A DNA stretch of 64,000 nucleotides from Thiotrichaceae bacterium UBA5859 (lineage in GTDB: Bacteria; Pseudomonadota; Gammaproteobacteria; UBA5859): NCBI GenBank assembly GCA_002432655.1, contig DJFZ01000055.1, forward strand, positions 1,643-65,642. The letters are read 5' to 3'. The notes under the pieces were generated by a model. The model was not told the origin of the DNA. It worked only from the letters and a program-made list of their open reading frames with translations, and ran no database searches. Shown here piece by piece: positions 19,324 through 29,191 of this stretch. The translations under genes and the position numbers were made by a program. The number at the start of each line of letters is the position of its first letter. Within the stretch, counting starts at the first letter, position 1.

Positions 19324-19406
19324 GAGTTATATTCACGCCTGTGCACTATTCCTGTGAGTCGCGGTACTCATATAGTTGTTCCGAGAGTAGTACAATGCCA
19401 CCTGTA

Positions 19407-20576
19407 TTATTGAGCACGTTGTAAGGCGATGCGAGCAGTGATAGTTCCAATGATTTCAAAAATGATAGTGGAAGCCACAATGGTAGTGAGTAGGATCTGG
19501 CTATATTGCGGGAACTGATTGGCGGCCACCAATGCCATACCAAGTGCTGCACTGGCTTGGGGTAACATCGCTAGCCCAATCCATCTTTTCGTATGCACGT
19601 CCGCTTGGCCAATTACGGCAGCAGTCCAACCCCCAGCCATTTTGCCGACTACCCGTGCAAATAGATAGATCAATCCAATAAATCCAATTGAGGAGAGCGC
19701 TGAAACGTCCAATGAAGCACCTGCCAATACGAAAAAAATAACAAACATGGGCCACTCTATTCCCTCTATCGCGTCAAAGGGATATTGATGATGGGATGCG
19801 AAATTAGCCACCATACTCCCCATCACCATAGACGCGATCAAATAAGAGACATTCAACCAGATTGCCAACCCACCACAGAGAAAAATGAGCCCAAGTGCTT
19901 CAGTCATCATCGGTTGCCCAGGATGGACCCTACCCGTTAAGTACGCAGCAGGTAATCCGATAAGTATTCCCAGCACAATCCCCCCTCCCACGTGGCTAAA
20001 ACCCAGTAGCCAACCGGTCGTACCCACCTCCGCTTGGGACAAAACTGAGGCCAAGGTCAAACCTATTCCGAATAGGATCATGCCCCAAGCGTCATCCAAC
20101 GCGACTACAGATAACAGATTTTGCGAAAACGCTGAGCAAAATTCGGACTCCTCAATAAGCTCTAGGATGGCCGTGCCATCGGTCGCTGCAGCAATCGATC
20201 CAAGTAAAATGGCGACGGCCAGAGGTACTTTAAACAAGAGCAGAATCGAGGAAACAATCACAGCAGTCAATGTGGCAGCTAAAATTGAGAGTGTGGCAAT
20301 GAGTTTTCCTTTTTCTTTTAATGATTCAAAGGTCAATGTACCACCCAGCATAAAGCCCACCATGACTAAGGTCATCTGAGCTATCAGTTCAAACTGTTCG
20401 ACAAAGAAGACGGGAACAAGTTTAAATACATACGGCCCGATCAAAATGCCAAACATGAGAAGTAACGTCACTCGAGGAAGGAAAGTTCGTCGCCCTAAAA
20501 AGTCAGTAGCCAGTCCGAGCAGCAATATGCTGCCTAAGAACAGTAAAAATTGGTAGCCATCTCCATTTTGGGCCAT
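19407..20576 (-). CDS. Cation:proton antiporter (Na+/H+ exchanger, CPA1 family).
   Basis: 389-aa polytopic membrane protein. It shows NhaP-type organisation, with a Gly-rich N-terminal TM (FLGRRTFLPRVTLLLMFGILIGP) and ATDGTAILELI. Confidence 0.8.
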   Translation of the reverse strand: MAQNGDGYQFLLFLGSILLLGLATDFLGRRTFLPRVTLLLMFGILIGPYVFKLVPVFFVEQFELIAQMTLVMVGFMLGGTLTFESLKEKGKLIATLSILAATLTAVIVSSILLLFKVPLAVAILLGSIAAATDGTAILELIEESEFCSAFSQNLLSVVALDDAWGMILFGIGLTLASVLSQAEVGTTGWLLGFSHVGGGIVLGILIGLPAAYLTGRVHPGQPMMTEALGLIFLCGGLAIWLNVSYLIASMVMGSMVANFASHHQYPFDAIEGIEWPMFVIFFVLAGASLDVSALSSIGFIGLIYLFARVVGKMAGGWTAAVIGQADVHTKRWIGLAMLPQASAALGMALVAANQFPQYSQILLTTIVASTIIFEIIGTITARIALQRAQ

Positions 20577-20776
20577 ATAGCGTTACTCTATTTCTCACAG
20601 TGATCGATGCCCAGAATTATGCCAAACGGAGCAGTCGATTGAAGCTTGGATTTGAATGCAACTCTCAGAAGTCTCCAGGCTGTGACTAATACGCTTATAT
20701 GATGACGTATGCCATGCAAGTAATCATATTTAGTACACCTTGATGTGAAGAATATAATTCTAGACGAGATCGTGGA

Positions 20777-20816
20777 TAAAAAAACACCCTGCATGCCCCC
20801 CGACAATACAGGGTGT
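20777..20816 (-). terminator. Rho-independent terminator on the minus strand downstream of the orphan 170-aa gene.
   Basis: acaccctg...cagggtgt stem preceded on the plus strand by an A8 run, which is a T-run on the minus strand. A second 11-bp hairpin (ccaagtggtta...taaccacttgg, 20938-20986) lies right after the stop of the gene. Confidence 0.5.
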
Positions 20817-21007
20817 TATAAAAAGTTAACTATATACTATAACTAACTGTTTATATGTTAATTATTATTGTATGCGCAGACGGAGGATGCGCTAAAACAC
20901 ACCGGTCTTTTGTCAAATCTTACTGAAAAGAAAGATACCCCAAGTGGTTATTTATATCAACACTAATAATAACCACTTGGGCAGGAGATAAAACTATCGG
21001 AAAATTA

Positions 21008-21520
21008 CTACTCAGATGAGGACGCTAATTTTAACAGTCTCTCAACGATGGCAGGATCTGGGGTAGGTGCGCGATATCTAGAATTCATAATAGAAAGTAT
21101 GGAATATATATTTTCTAATTTTTCTTCGCTGATATCTTCCAATTCTAAGCCGAGTTTCTCCGCTTCTTCGTGCACCCTGATGTATATCTTACTAAGCGCG
21201 AGATGGTTAATTTCATCTTCAGTTTGTCCCGGAAGAGTCTCAAATAGTAACCACATTTTTAAAGTGGTTGTGTCTGGGAACTGCGGGCAATATGGTAGTA
21301 AATCTTCACAAATTTGGTTTAATGTCCTCGATTTAGGTGGACGATCTTCTCGTAACCAAATTCTGCCACTTGATTTGCTGGCGCGATAACGTTCGGCAAT
21401 TGCCAACGCTCGACCATATTCTAATGGGGGCATATCCGGCACACCGTCAAGCAAGCTATTGAATCTGTTTGAAAAGCCATCTATCTGGCTGGTTTTCTTG
21501 GAGTACTTTGATTGGCTCAT
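21008..21520 (-). CDS. Hypothetical protein, 170 aa. Orphan gene inside an AT-rich islet.
   Basis: Clean ORF bounded by AT-rich DNA on both sides, with two hairpins downstream. No motif is recognised. Confidence 0.45.
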   Translation of the reverse strand: MSQSKYSKKTSQIDGFSNRFNSLLDGVPDMPPLEYGRALAIAERYRASKSSGRIWLREDRPPKSRTLNQICEDLLPYCPQFPDTTTLKMWLLFETLPGQTEDEINHLALSKIYIRVHEEAEKLGLELEDISEEKLENIYSILSIMNSRYRAPTPDPAIVERLLKLASSSE

Positions 21521-21687
21521 TTCTCTTCGTCTAATTTTATATGTATAAATTCGATTGATGGAATTAACGTTTGTTTATAGGAAACAACAGTATATTATTA
21601 AATAAAATAAATAAATCTGGCTCCGCGTGGGACTTATTATTTCATTAACGATTAAAAAATGTCCAGTTCAATTACGCCAGGATAAAG

Positions 21688-23559
21688 ATGAAAACCATTC
21701 AAATGAAAATTAAAACCAGTCATTGGTTACAGATGTTGCTCTTTATTCCCGCTATTCTATCGTTCGGGACAGTATTCTTGTTTTCGTGGTGGGAGCACGA
21801 TAAGACCGTCCAGGAGATGATTCATCACGAAGGTGAGCTATTGATGCGACAACTGACAGTCGCATCTCGATTCGCCTTGACAGCGAATGATCCTGCTCGG
21901 CTCAAAGAAATTGTGGCGTCATTGGCCGACGCGCCGGAGATCCGCAGTATTAGGCTACTCAACCACAACAATCGAGCTATTTTTGACTACGAGAGCGACT
22001 TTATTTACGACGATTCCTTTTACGAATATTCCCAACTCATTCTTGATGAATCTGTTGAACCCGTCGCCTTGCTAGGCGCGATTAAGTTGCAGATGTCTAA
22101 ACAATATTATCTTGACAACAAAAATATACTACTCACCTCACTGATCCCCATAATTTTGATCTATTCCTTTGTACTAATGCTTGTGGGCCTCTGGCACCGG
22201 AGAACAATTGCCACTCCTATCGATGCGGCAATCCGCAGCATACATCTCATGAAGCATGGTACAGCTATCTCTGTTACCGATAAACTTGGTGGCGAAATCG
22301 GACATCTCATTAAAAATATAAATGCCCTTTCGGAACATTTACAGAAAAGTAAAGAGCAAGACCAAAAACAAAAGCGCGCGCTCAAGTCCCAAGTTAATAT
22401 GTTAGCTCGTTCACAACAGGAAACCCTAGATGCCCTAAACAGTAACGAAGGCTTCTTGAATATTCTCAATGAGGAAATCAGAGGGCCAGTAAATACGATT
22501 AAGTTAATGTTGAATATGATAGCGAATACGAAAAGCGCGACCTTAAAAGAAAGATACCTACACTCTGCAGAAAAAAATGCGGACTATTTAGAAGCGCTGG
22601 TAGAAGAAGCAAGTGAATTTACCCGGCTGGCGTCAGGACAGTTTGATTTTAATGCGCAACCCTGCGATCCCCATATGGTGATCGAAGAATGTGTCGAGTC
22701 GCTGAATGAACTGTCTAAAGAAAAAAAAGTACGTTTGACTATAGAACCTTTGCAATTACAGATAATTGATAATCACCTAATTCATACCGATCCTAATTAC
22801 CTTGCTCAGGTAATAATCAACCTCTTGCATGGCGCTATCATGCATCCGAATATCGAACAAATTGTGTTGAAACAACCATGGCTCCAGTCTACAGCAGATA
22901 AGGTATCCCTAAATCTGACAATAGAAATGTTCGGTGGTAAAGCGTTAAATCCCGCGCAGCTGGATCAAAGCGTCACTATAACAGTTGCTAAACGCATTCT
23001 TGAGAACCTTTCAGGTGACTTGACTGTAGCATCAGAACATGGGAACCATCTCTTAATGTTTAATTTGGAGATTCCGGTGGATGTTATACCAATTATTGAA
23101 CCGGAGCGGACAATCGCCACAGGTGAACAGCCCAATCAGGCGGACATGCTTTTTTTTTCCCACGACTTGCGAGAAGCAAATTTAATCAAATCACAGTTTA
23201 TTAGTTCAACTCAAATGTTGGAGACTTCTAATGAATTTGATCGCTGCGGAGAAATATATCTAAAGTATAAAACTTCTATTGTTATATTAGAAATCTCAGC
23301 AGACCCTTTTAGCCAAGGTGCCGCAGCTGAAATCAGAACCATAGAAAAACAATTTGATATCGAACCTTGCTTACTGGTGGCATTATATACCGATCATACC
23401 GATTCTAATATTGTGATAGATACGCCCCAACAAGCATTATTTGACTTAGTATTGCCGAAACCGGATGGCATTCTCACTTTGTACAGGTTGCTCGCCGATC
23501 TTGGCTCTGCGAAGATGGATGTCGATATCTATCTGGACTCTCTTTGTTTGCCAGATTGA
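21688..23559 (+). CDS. Histidine-kinase-like sensor with a degenerate H-box (phospho-acceptor His replaced by Glu) and a degenerate C-terminal receiver-like domain.
   Basis: Two N-terminal TM segments and a HAMP-like linker (GGEIGHLIKNINALSEHLQKSKE). The dimerisation box LNILNEEIRGPVNTI aligns to SHELRTPLNAI with H replaced by E. The ATPase region lacks clear N, G1 and G2 boxes. The C-terminal alpha/beta domain has ILEISADP where a receiver would have LDxxMP. Confidence 0.6.
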   Translation: MKTIQMKIKTSHWLQMLLFIPAILSFGTVFLFSWWEHDKTVQEMIHHEGELLMRQLTVASRFALTANDPARLKEIVASLADAPEIRSIRLLNHNNRAIFDYESDFIYDDSFYEYSQLILDESVEPVALLGAIKLQMSKQYYLDNKNILLTSLIPIILIYSFVLMLVGLWHRRTIATPIDAAIRSIHLMKHGTAISVTDKLGGEIGHLIKNINALSEHLQKSKEQDQKQKRALKSQVNMLARSQQETLDALNSNEGFLNILNEEIRGPVNTIKLMLNMIANTKSATLKERYLHSAEKNADYLEALVEEASEFTRLASGQFDFNAQPCDPHMVIEECVESLNELSKEKKVRLTIEPLQLQIIDNHLIHTDPNYLAQVIINLLHGAIMHPNIEQIVLKQPWLQSTADKVSLNLTIEMFGGKALNPAQLDQSVTITVAKRILENLSGDLTVASEHGNHLLMFNLEIPVDVIPIIEPERTIATGEQPNQADMLFFSHDLREANLIKSQFISSTQMLETSNEFDRCGEIYLKYKTSIVILEISADPFSQGAAAEIRTIEKQFDIEPCLLVALYTDHTDSNIVIDTPQQALFDLVLPKPDGILTLYRLLADLGSAKMDVDIYLDSLCLPD

Positions 23560-23725
23560 ATCGTTATAATTGCCATTCCCACCAACCACATATCAACATC
23601 AATGGTAACAACCTAGCGTGCGCAGATAGTTCCTATGCAATATCTATCACATCTGGGAATTGCTACCAAACCATCGAATAAGTTTCAGACAGGGGTGGTA
23701 AAAGGCATCAACGGATTAGAGGCAA

Positions 23726-25237
23726 TTGCAAATGGAATCATTACTGCCGTTAATTGAGGGTCCGGTATTCAAGGGACTGATACTGCTAGCGGGTCTGTTC
23801 ATCCTGTTTTTGGGAACAGGATTCTTGTTATTGCTCAGCATGGCAATCGTAGATCGTATTCAAACCAAACAGGCCATACGTCGCAATTTTCCTCTGGTCG
23901 GCCGATTCCGTTATTTATTTGAAAAAATGGGAGAGTTTTTTCGCCAATACTTTTTCGCCCTCGATAGAGAAGAAATGCCATTTAACCGTGCGCAACGAAG
24001 TTGGGCATATCGTGCAGCAAAAAATCTGGATAACACCGTGGCTTTTGGCTCCACAAAAGATATCAAGCCTGAGGGAACAATATTGTTTGTAAACTGTCCT
24101 TATCCTACCTTAGATTCCGAGGCAATGAGTCCTTCACAACTGGTGGTGGGGCCGTACTGTCGTACCCCCTACCATACCGATAAAGTGTTACACATTTCCG
24201 GCATGAGTTACGGGGCGATATCCAAACCCGCTGTGATCGCCTTATCCAAAGGCGCCGCCATGGCCGGCTGCTGGCTCAACACCGGAGAGGGCGGGCTATC
24301 CCCATACCACTTGTCAGGCGGTGCAGATCTAGTATTTCAGATAGGCACTGCCAAATATGGCGTGCGACATCAGGACGGTAGTTTAAATCCAGATGCACTG
24401 CGAGAAATCGCCCGTCATGAACAGGTACGTATGTTCGAGGTCAAACTCAGTCAGGGAGCAAAACCGGGAAAAGGTGGAATTTTGCCGGCAGAGAAAGTGA
24501 CTGAAGAAATCGCCAGAATCAGAGGCATTGAAGCTGGAAAAGCGTCTATTAGTCCCAACCGGCATGTAGAAGTCACAGATGAAATCTCCCTATTACAACT
24601 GGTACAACAAGTGAGGGAGATAACCGGGAAACCGGTAGGCATTAAATTCGTGCTGGGTGCTTGGGCATGGTTGGATGATTTATTTAGTGAAGTCAGTCAT
24701 AGAGGGTTAGAATCCGCTCCGGATTTTATTAGCTTAGATAGTGCCGACGGGGGCACTGGGGCAGCACCCATGTCGTTAATGGATGATGTGGGTATGAGTG
24801 TCCGAGAATCATTACCCTTCTTAGTAGATAAGCTAGAGGAATACGGCTTACGGGAAAGAATAAAAGTAATAGCATCCGGTAAGCTGATCACCCCTTCTGA
24901 TATCGCTTGGGCACTCTGTATAGGCGCAGATTTTGTCGTATCTGCCCGTGGGTTCATGTTTGCCTTGGGATGTATTCAAGCCATGCAATGTAACAAGAAC
25001 ACCTGTCCATCCGGAGTCGCAACCCATGATAAGCGACTACAGCGAGGCTTAGTACCCAAAGAAAAAGCTATGCGAGTGGCCAACTATCAAATGAACATGG
25101 AAAAAGAGCTGGGGATAATAGCCCATTCCTGTGGCGTCAAGGAACCAAGACGATTAAAACGATATCATGCGCGCGTAGTCACAAAAGGCGGGCAATCTGT
25201 TCCATTGGACGAGTGGCATACTCAATCGATAAATTAA
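23726..25237 (+). CDS. FMN-binding glutamate synthase (GltS) domain family protein with N-terminal membrane anchor.
   Basis: Glu_synthase central-domain signature (GMSYGAISKPAVIALSKGAAMAGCWLNTGEGGLSPYH... with downstream GG/ASGK motifs). One to two N-terminal TM helices. Confidence 0.8.
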   Translation: MQMESLLPLIEGPVFKGLILLAGLFILFLGTGFLLLLSMAIVDRIQTKQAIRRNFPLVGRFRYLFEKMGEFFRQYFFALDREEMPFNRAQRSWAYRAAKNLDNTVAFGSTKDIKPEGTILFVNCPYPTLDSEAMSPSQLVVGPYCRTPYHTDKVLHISGMSYGAISKPAVIALSKGAAMAGCWLNTGEGGLSPYHLSGGADLVFQIGTAKYGVRHQDGSLNPDALREIARHEQVRMFEVKLSQGAKPGKGGILPAEKVTEEIARIRGIEAGKASISPNRHVEVTDEISLLQLVQQVREITGKPVGIKFVLGAWAWLDDLFSEVSHRGLESAPDFISLDSADGGTGAAPMSLMDDVGMSVRESLPFLVDKLEEYGLRERIKVIASGKLITPSDIAWALCIGADFVVSARGFMFALGCIQAMQCNKNTCPSGVATHDKRLQRGLVPKEKAMRVANYQMNMEKELGIIAHSCGVKEPRRLKRYHARVVTKGGQSVPLDEWHTQSIN

Positions 25238-25351
25238 GTCTTGAATTTAACGTTGCAATTGGCAGTAGCCGTTAACTATTTATATAACAGATTGATTGAG
25301 CTTTTGAGTCTTCCGACTCTTTGTTGATCAGACAGGGAAACCACTTAGATC

Positions 25352-27139
25352 ATGTCCTTCTTGGAGCAAGTCGTTGTTTATCTTGCCGCTGCTACTATTG
25401 CCGTGCCGCTGTTTCACCGCTTTAAGTTAAGTGATGTACTGGGCTATTTAATAATTGGCGTCGTGCTTGGTCCATCGGGAATCGCGTTTGTCAGCGATCC
25501 CGAACGGATCATGGAATTTGCTGAGTTGGGCGTGGTATTTCTGCTATTCATCATAGGATTAGAACTCAACCCTGCCCGTTTATGGGTATTCCGTCGCTAC
25601 CTCATTAATCTAGGTGCCACCCAAGTGTTTGTGGTGGGTACATTTCTAGCCGTGCTCGCACGGCTATTGGGACTAGATTGGGCAGCTGGATTTGTCATCG
25701 GATTCGCCTTAGCGCTTTCCAGTACTGCGTTCGTATTACAGTTCCTCAGAGAGCGTAACCACTTGATGCGTCCACATGGGCGCGCTGCTTTCGGTATTCT
25801 CTTGTTTCAGGATATTGCCATTATTCCCTTGTTGGGAATCATGTATGCGATGGCTCCAGCCACAGAATCGCCGGTTAACAGTCATATGCTTCTGCAGCTC
25901 GTCAGCTCCTTGGGATTGATCGCTGCATTCATCCTCTTTGGACACTTTCTGCTACGCCCGGTATTCAGATTGTTGGCTGAAGTGCAAATTAGAGAAGCTT
26001 TCTTAGCGGGGGCATTATTATTGGTATTAGGCTCAGGACTATTGATGGAGTATGCCGGCATGACCATGGCGTTTGGTGCGTTTCTGGCTGGAGTGCTGCT
26101 AGCCGACTCGGAATATCGCCATCAACTAGAAGCCGATATAGCCCCTTTTAAAGGTCTGCTACTTGGTTTGTTTTTTATTGCCATCGGTATGCTTGCCGAC
26201 CTCAGTTATCTCTCTACTGAACCACTCACGGTGTTGATGCTAGTCACCATCTTAGTAGGCATGAAAACCAGTCTAATCTTTTTTCTTGGGCGTGGATTTA
26301 AATTATCTCTACAGGACTCCTTTGGTTTGGGGATCTGCCTCTCTCAAGGTGGGGAATTGGCATTTGTCATTTTGACGGAAGCGGCGAACGTCAATCTGAT
26401 CACACAAGAAGTTCAGTCGATACTGGTACTGGTGGTTACCTTATCTATTGCCACCACCCCCATTCTCTATTTTTTTTACGAACGTTTTTTTCGTTCGTTA
26501 AAAGATGAAGAGTATGACGCCAACCTGCCGGGAGAGTCTGAAATCATTATTGCCGGTTTTGGTCGCTTTGCACAGATCATCGCGCGCGTGCTGGCATCAA
26601 AGAATATCCCCTTTACCGCCATCGAGAAAAACCCATCCCGGGTGGAGTTTGTGCGACGGTTTGGCAACAAGATTTATTTTGGCGACGCCACCGATCTGGA
26701 TCTACTCAGAGCCGCCAATACTGAACAAGCTAAAATTTTCATTCTAGCGGTGGACGACCTGGAAGATTCCGTGCTGATCGCGCAATTGATTCGCGAATAC
26801 TTTCCGCATCTAGTGATTTTGGCACGCGCACGCAATCGGCAACATGAATTGGTACTCAGAAGTCTGGGTGTGCAAAATGTGGTGCGCGAGACGTTACATT
26901 CGAGTCTCAATTTAACGGAACAAATACTCACGGAACAAGGCTTCAGCCAGGAGGATGCCCATTCCATCGTCGAAACCTTTAAAGAGCATGATGCAAAAAC
27001 ACTCATGATGCAGCTGGCAGTACATCAAGATGAGGAAGCGCTAATCCAGACCGCAAAAAGTGCCGCTGAAGAGTTGAGAGCACTATTTGATCGAGATGAG
27101 CAAGCTAAAGAGCACATAGATGAAACAGGCCCCCAATAA
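25352..27139 (+). CDS. Monovalent cation:proton antiporter-2 family K+ efflux protein (KefB/KefC-like) with C-terminal RCK/TrkA-N domain.
   Basis: The N-terminus parallels KefC (LAAATIAVPLFHRFKLSDVLGYLIIGVVLGPSGIAFVSD). The C-terminal Rossmann region reads IIIAGFGRFAQIIARVL...FGDATDLDLL. Confidence 0.85.
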   Translation: MSFLEQVVVYLAAATIAVPLFHRFKLSDVLGYLIIGVVLGPSGIAFVSDPERIMEFAELGVVFLLFIIGLELNPARLWVFRRYLINLGATQVFVVGTFLAVLARLLGLDWAAGFVIGFALALSSTAFVLQFLRERNHLMRPHGRAAFGILLFQDIAIIPLLGIMYAMAPATESPVNSHMLLQLVSSLGLIAAFILFGHFLLRPVFRLLAEVQIREAFLAGALLLVLGSGLLMEYAGMTMAFGAFLAGVLLADSEYRHQLEADIAPFKGLLLGLFFIAIGMLADLSYLSTEPLTVLMLVTILVGMKTSLIFFLGRGFKLSLQDSFGLGICLSQGGELAFVILTEAANVNLITQEVQSILVLVVTLSIATTPILYFFYERFFRSLKDEEYDANLPGESEIIIAGFGRFAQIIARVLASKNIPFTAIEKNPSRVEFVRRFGNKIYFGDATDLDLLRAANTEQAKIFILAVDDLEDSVLIAQLIREYFPHLVILARARNRQHELVLRSLGVQNVVRETLHSSLNLTEQILTEQGFSQEDAHSIVETFKEHDAKTLMMQLAVHQDEEALIQTAKSAAEELRALFDRDEQAKEHIDETGPQ

Positions 27140-27245
27140 TAACATTTTGGGAGCAGTCGATTTTTCATTAAAATAGCCGCCCATTAGCAAACCAAACGCT
27201 GATCGCTATACAGTCAAACCTGCAAATATCACACGGAGTGTTGAA

Positions 27246-27542
27246 TTGATTAAAGTGAAACAGAGTGCCATACATGGCAAAGGCTTGTTCGCCTCTCGCC
27301 CCATACGAGAAGGTCAATGGTTAGGAAAATGTATGATCCGACACGGCGTGAAAAAAGTCGGGCCCTACTCTCTTTGGGACGATTCCGGCGAAACATTCGT
27401 CGAAGTGATGTGTCGGCTCAGATTCATTAACCATTCAAAAGAGCCCAACGTGGAATATCAAGATGATTTATCTGTCATTGCGCTTCGGGACATTCGTCCA
27501 GGAGAAGAACTCACCCATGACTACGGGGACGACTGGGAATAA
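27246..27542 (+). CDS. Minimal SET-domain protein (putative lysine methyltransferase), 98 aa.
   Basis: Contains FINHSKEPN (NHSCxPN SET signature with Cys replaced by Lys), the N-terminal GxG region (IHGKGLFA) and the C-terminal ELTHDYG (ELTxDY). Confidence 0.7.
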   Translation: MIKVKQSAIHGKGLFASRPIREGQWLGKCMIRHGVKKVGPYSLWDDSGETFVEVMCRLRFINHSKEPNVEYQDDLSVIALRDIRPGEELTHDYGDDWE

Positions 27543-27931
27543 CGGGCACTCCGCCAAAGGTGTAAATATATTTGACATAATTGGCTGAAAATCTGGCCGC
27601 TTGACTAACAATTAGACATCCAATTCTTCAAATATAATGAAATCACTGATTTTTTGCGATTTCGGCTGACATTTATATCGATTTCATTCAGGAGACTGTC
27701 TATTTTACTGACACTTCTGGAAAAATATGATTATAAAATAACCAAATTAGTTTGAAATTATCGTTTTGAAAGGATTTTCTTACCCTCATGTAAATTTGCC
27801 AATTTGCCTAAATACTAGTTAAGTAATTGATTGCATTGATAATTATAATTGGCATGTGGATTGCAATACAGAAAAACGAAATATCGGTTTAAACAATAAA
27901 AAATCTATTTGTATTTTTCTGGAGGTATTAA

Positions 27932-28543
27932 ATGAAATTCTTGAGAAACACTGTCCTCGCGACTTCACTCACATTCCTAAGCTTTGGTGCCTCTGCGGCA
28001 ATTGTCACCACCGATTTCTTAGATTACATCAGTAAGCCCAATCCGGCAGATTACGGTGATTTCCCCAGCCCGAATCTATGTGAACACGCAATTATCGGCA
28101 CTTGCGACAAGTACGAGTTGATTCAGATAGATTACGATTCTAGCCTATGGGGCAATGATTGGAACAATGTGCTGTCTGCCACCCTAGACGTATGGCTAAG
28201 TAAATTTGACTTCGAATTAGGCGCAGAAATCGCCGTTATCGAAAGCATTGAACTCAGTGCTATCGGTACCTACCTGTGGGCGGAAGTTGATGGATTTGCT
28301 CCTCAAGCATACGGTCCTGTAGATGTATTAAACTTCCTGAAGACCGGTAATGATGACGATGTGTTCACCGCATTATTGAAAGCTGAAAGCAACAACTTTG
28401 AATATCATCAAGCCATTCTCTCTGTGACTTATGAAGATGGCATTAATCCTCCAACTGGCGTACCTGCACCTACCACTCTCCTGTTAATGGGTCTGGGTCT
28501 GTTAGGATTGGGTGCCACCAGACGTCGGGTAGCTGCAGCTTAA
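27932..28543 (+). CDS. PEP-CTERM sorting-domain secreted protein (exosortase substrate).
   Basis: N-terminal signal peptide. The C-terminus reads VPAPTTLLLMGLGLLGLGATRRR, which is a PEP-like motif followed by a hydrophobic helix and an Arg cluster. A 390-bp AT-rich leader lies upstream. Confidence 0.75.
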   Translation: MKFLRNTVLATSLTFLSFGASAAIVTTDFLDYISKPNPADYGDFPSPNLCEHAIIGTCDKYELIQIDYDSSLWGNDWNNVLSATLDVWLSKFDFELGAEIAVIESIELSAIGTYLWAEVDGFAPQAYGPVDVLNFLKTGNDDDVFTALLKAESNNFEYHQAILSVTYEDGINPPTGVPAPTTLLLMGLGLLGLGATRRRVAAA

Positions 28544-28567
28544 AGCGGTTATCTCACGCGAGATTAA

Positions 28568-28596
28568 AAGCCGGGGTTTCCCCGGCTTTTTTTTTG
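28568..28596 (+). terminator. Rho-independent terminator after the PEP-CTERM gene.
   Basis: aaagccggggtttccccggc followed by T9. Confidence 0.7.
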
Positions 28597-28723
28597 CCCA
28601 ATAAATGATTGGATTCTTATAAACAAGTTTTATTCGCATGGCTAGCTGTTTGAACAGCTTCGGTGGTACTCTTGGCGGTGGATAATGACAATTAAATTAT
28701 AAAACCATGACCAGGAGGTAATC

Positions 28724-29191
28724 ATGTTGAGTCCACCCGTTGCAAAAATAAATCCACCAGGCGTCCCTATAGAGAGAGGGAAAATTCACGAATTTGCCTG
28801 CTCCATCTACGATGATAATCCGCTTTATCATGATTTAGAGGCAGCCAAAGCCGCTGGCTTACCTTCAGTGGTGGCGCCTCCCACCTATACATCCGTGCAA
28901 GCATTCTTCTTTGACCCAAAAGATGCAGGAGCAATTTTAGAAAGCGGTCTGGATCTCGATTTACGTTTTGTGCTCCATGGCGGCCAAGAGTTTTATTTCG
29001 AACGCCCAATTTTTGCGGGAGACGTATTGACGGCCCATCAGGGAGAGATGCGCACCTACGAAAAAGAGGGTAAGCGTGGTGGTTTAATGAAGTTCGCTGA
29101 GATGGAATCCTATTACACGGACGAGAATGACGAAGTGGTGTTACGCGTTAAAAACATTCTCATTCAGACTGCGGGGGTAGTGAAAAAATGA
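28724..29191 (+). CDS. MaoC-like hotdog protein, N-terminal type. HadA-like non-catalytic partner of an (R)-specific enoyl-CoA hydratase.
   Basis: 155-aa hotdog-fold pattern. Its stop overlaps the start of the downstream MaoC dehydratase (ATGA). Confidence 0.65.
   Translation: MLSPPVAKINPPGVPIERGKIHEFACSIYDDNPLYHDLEAAKAAGLPSVVAPPTYTSVQAFFFDPKDAGAILESGLDLDLRFVLHGGQEFYFERPIFAGDVLTAHQGEMRTYEKEGKRGGLMKFAEMESYYTDENDEVVLRVKNILIQTAGVVKK

Noticed and set aside
18894-20379. Antisense ORFs of 119, 84 and 164 aa over the Lon partner gene and the Na+/H+ antiporter
   Set aside because: They lie opposite well-supported membrane-protein and coupled-ORF coding regions. Their translations are Pro/Ser-rich without motifs. 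They are shadow ORFs.
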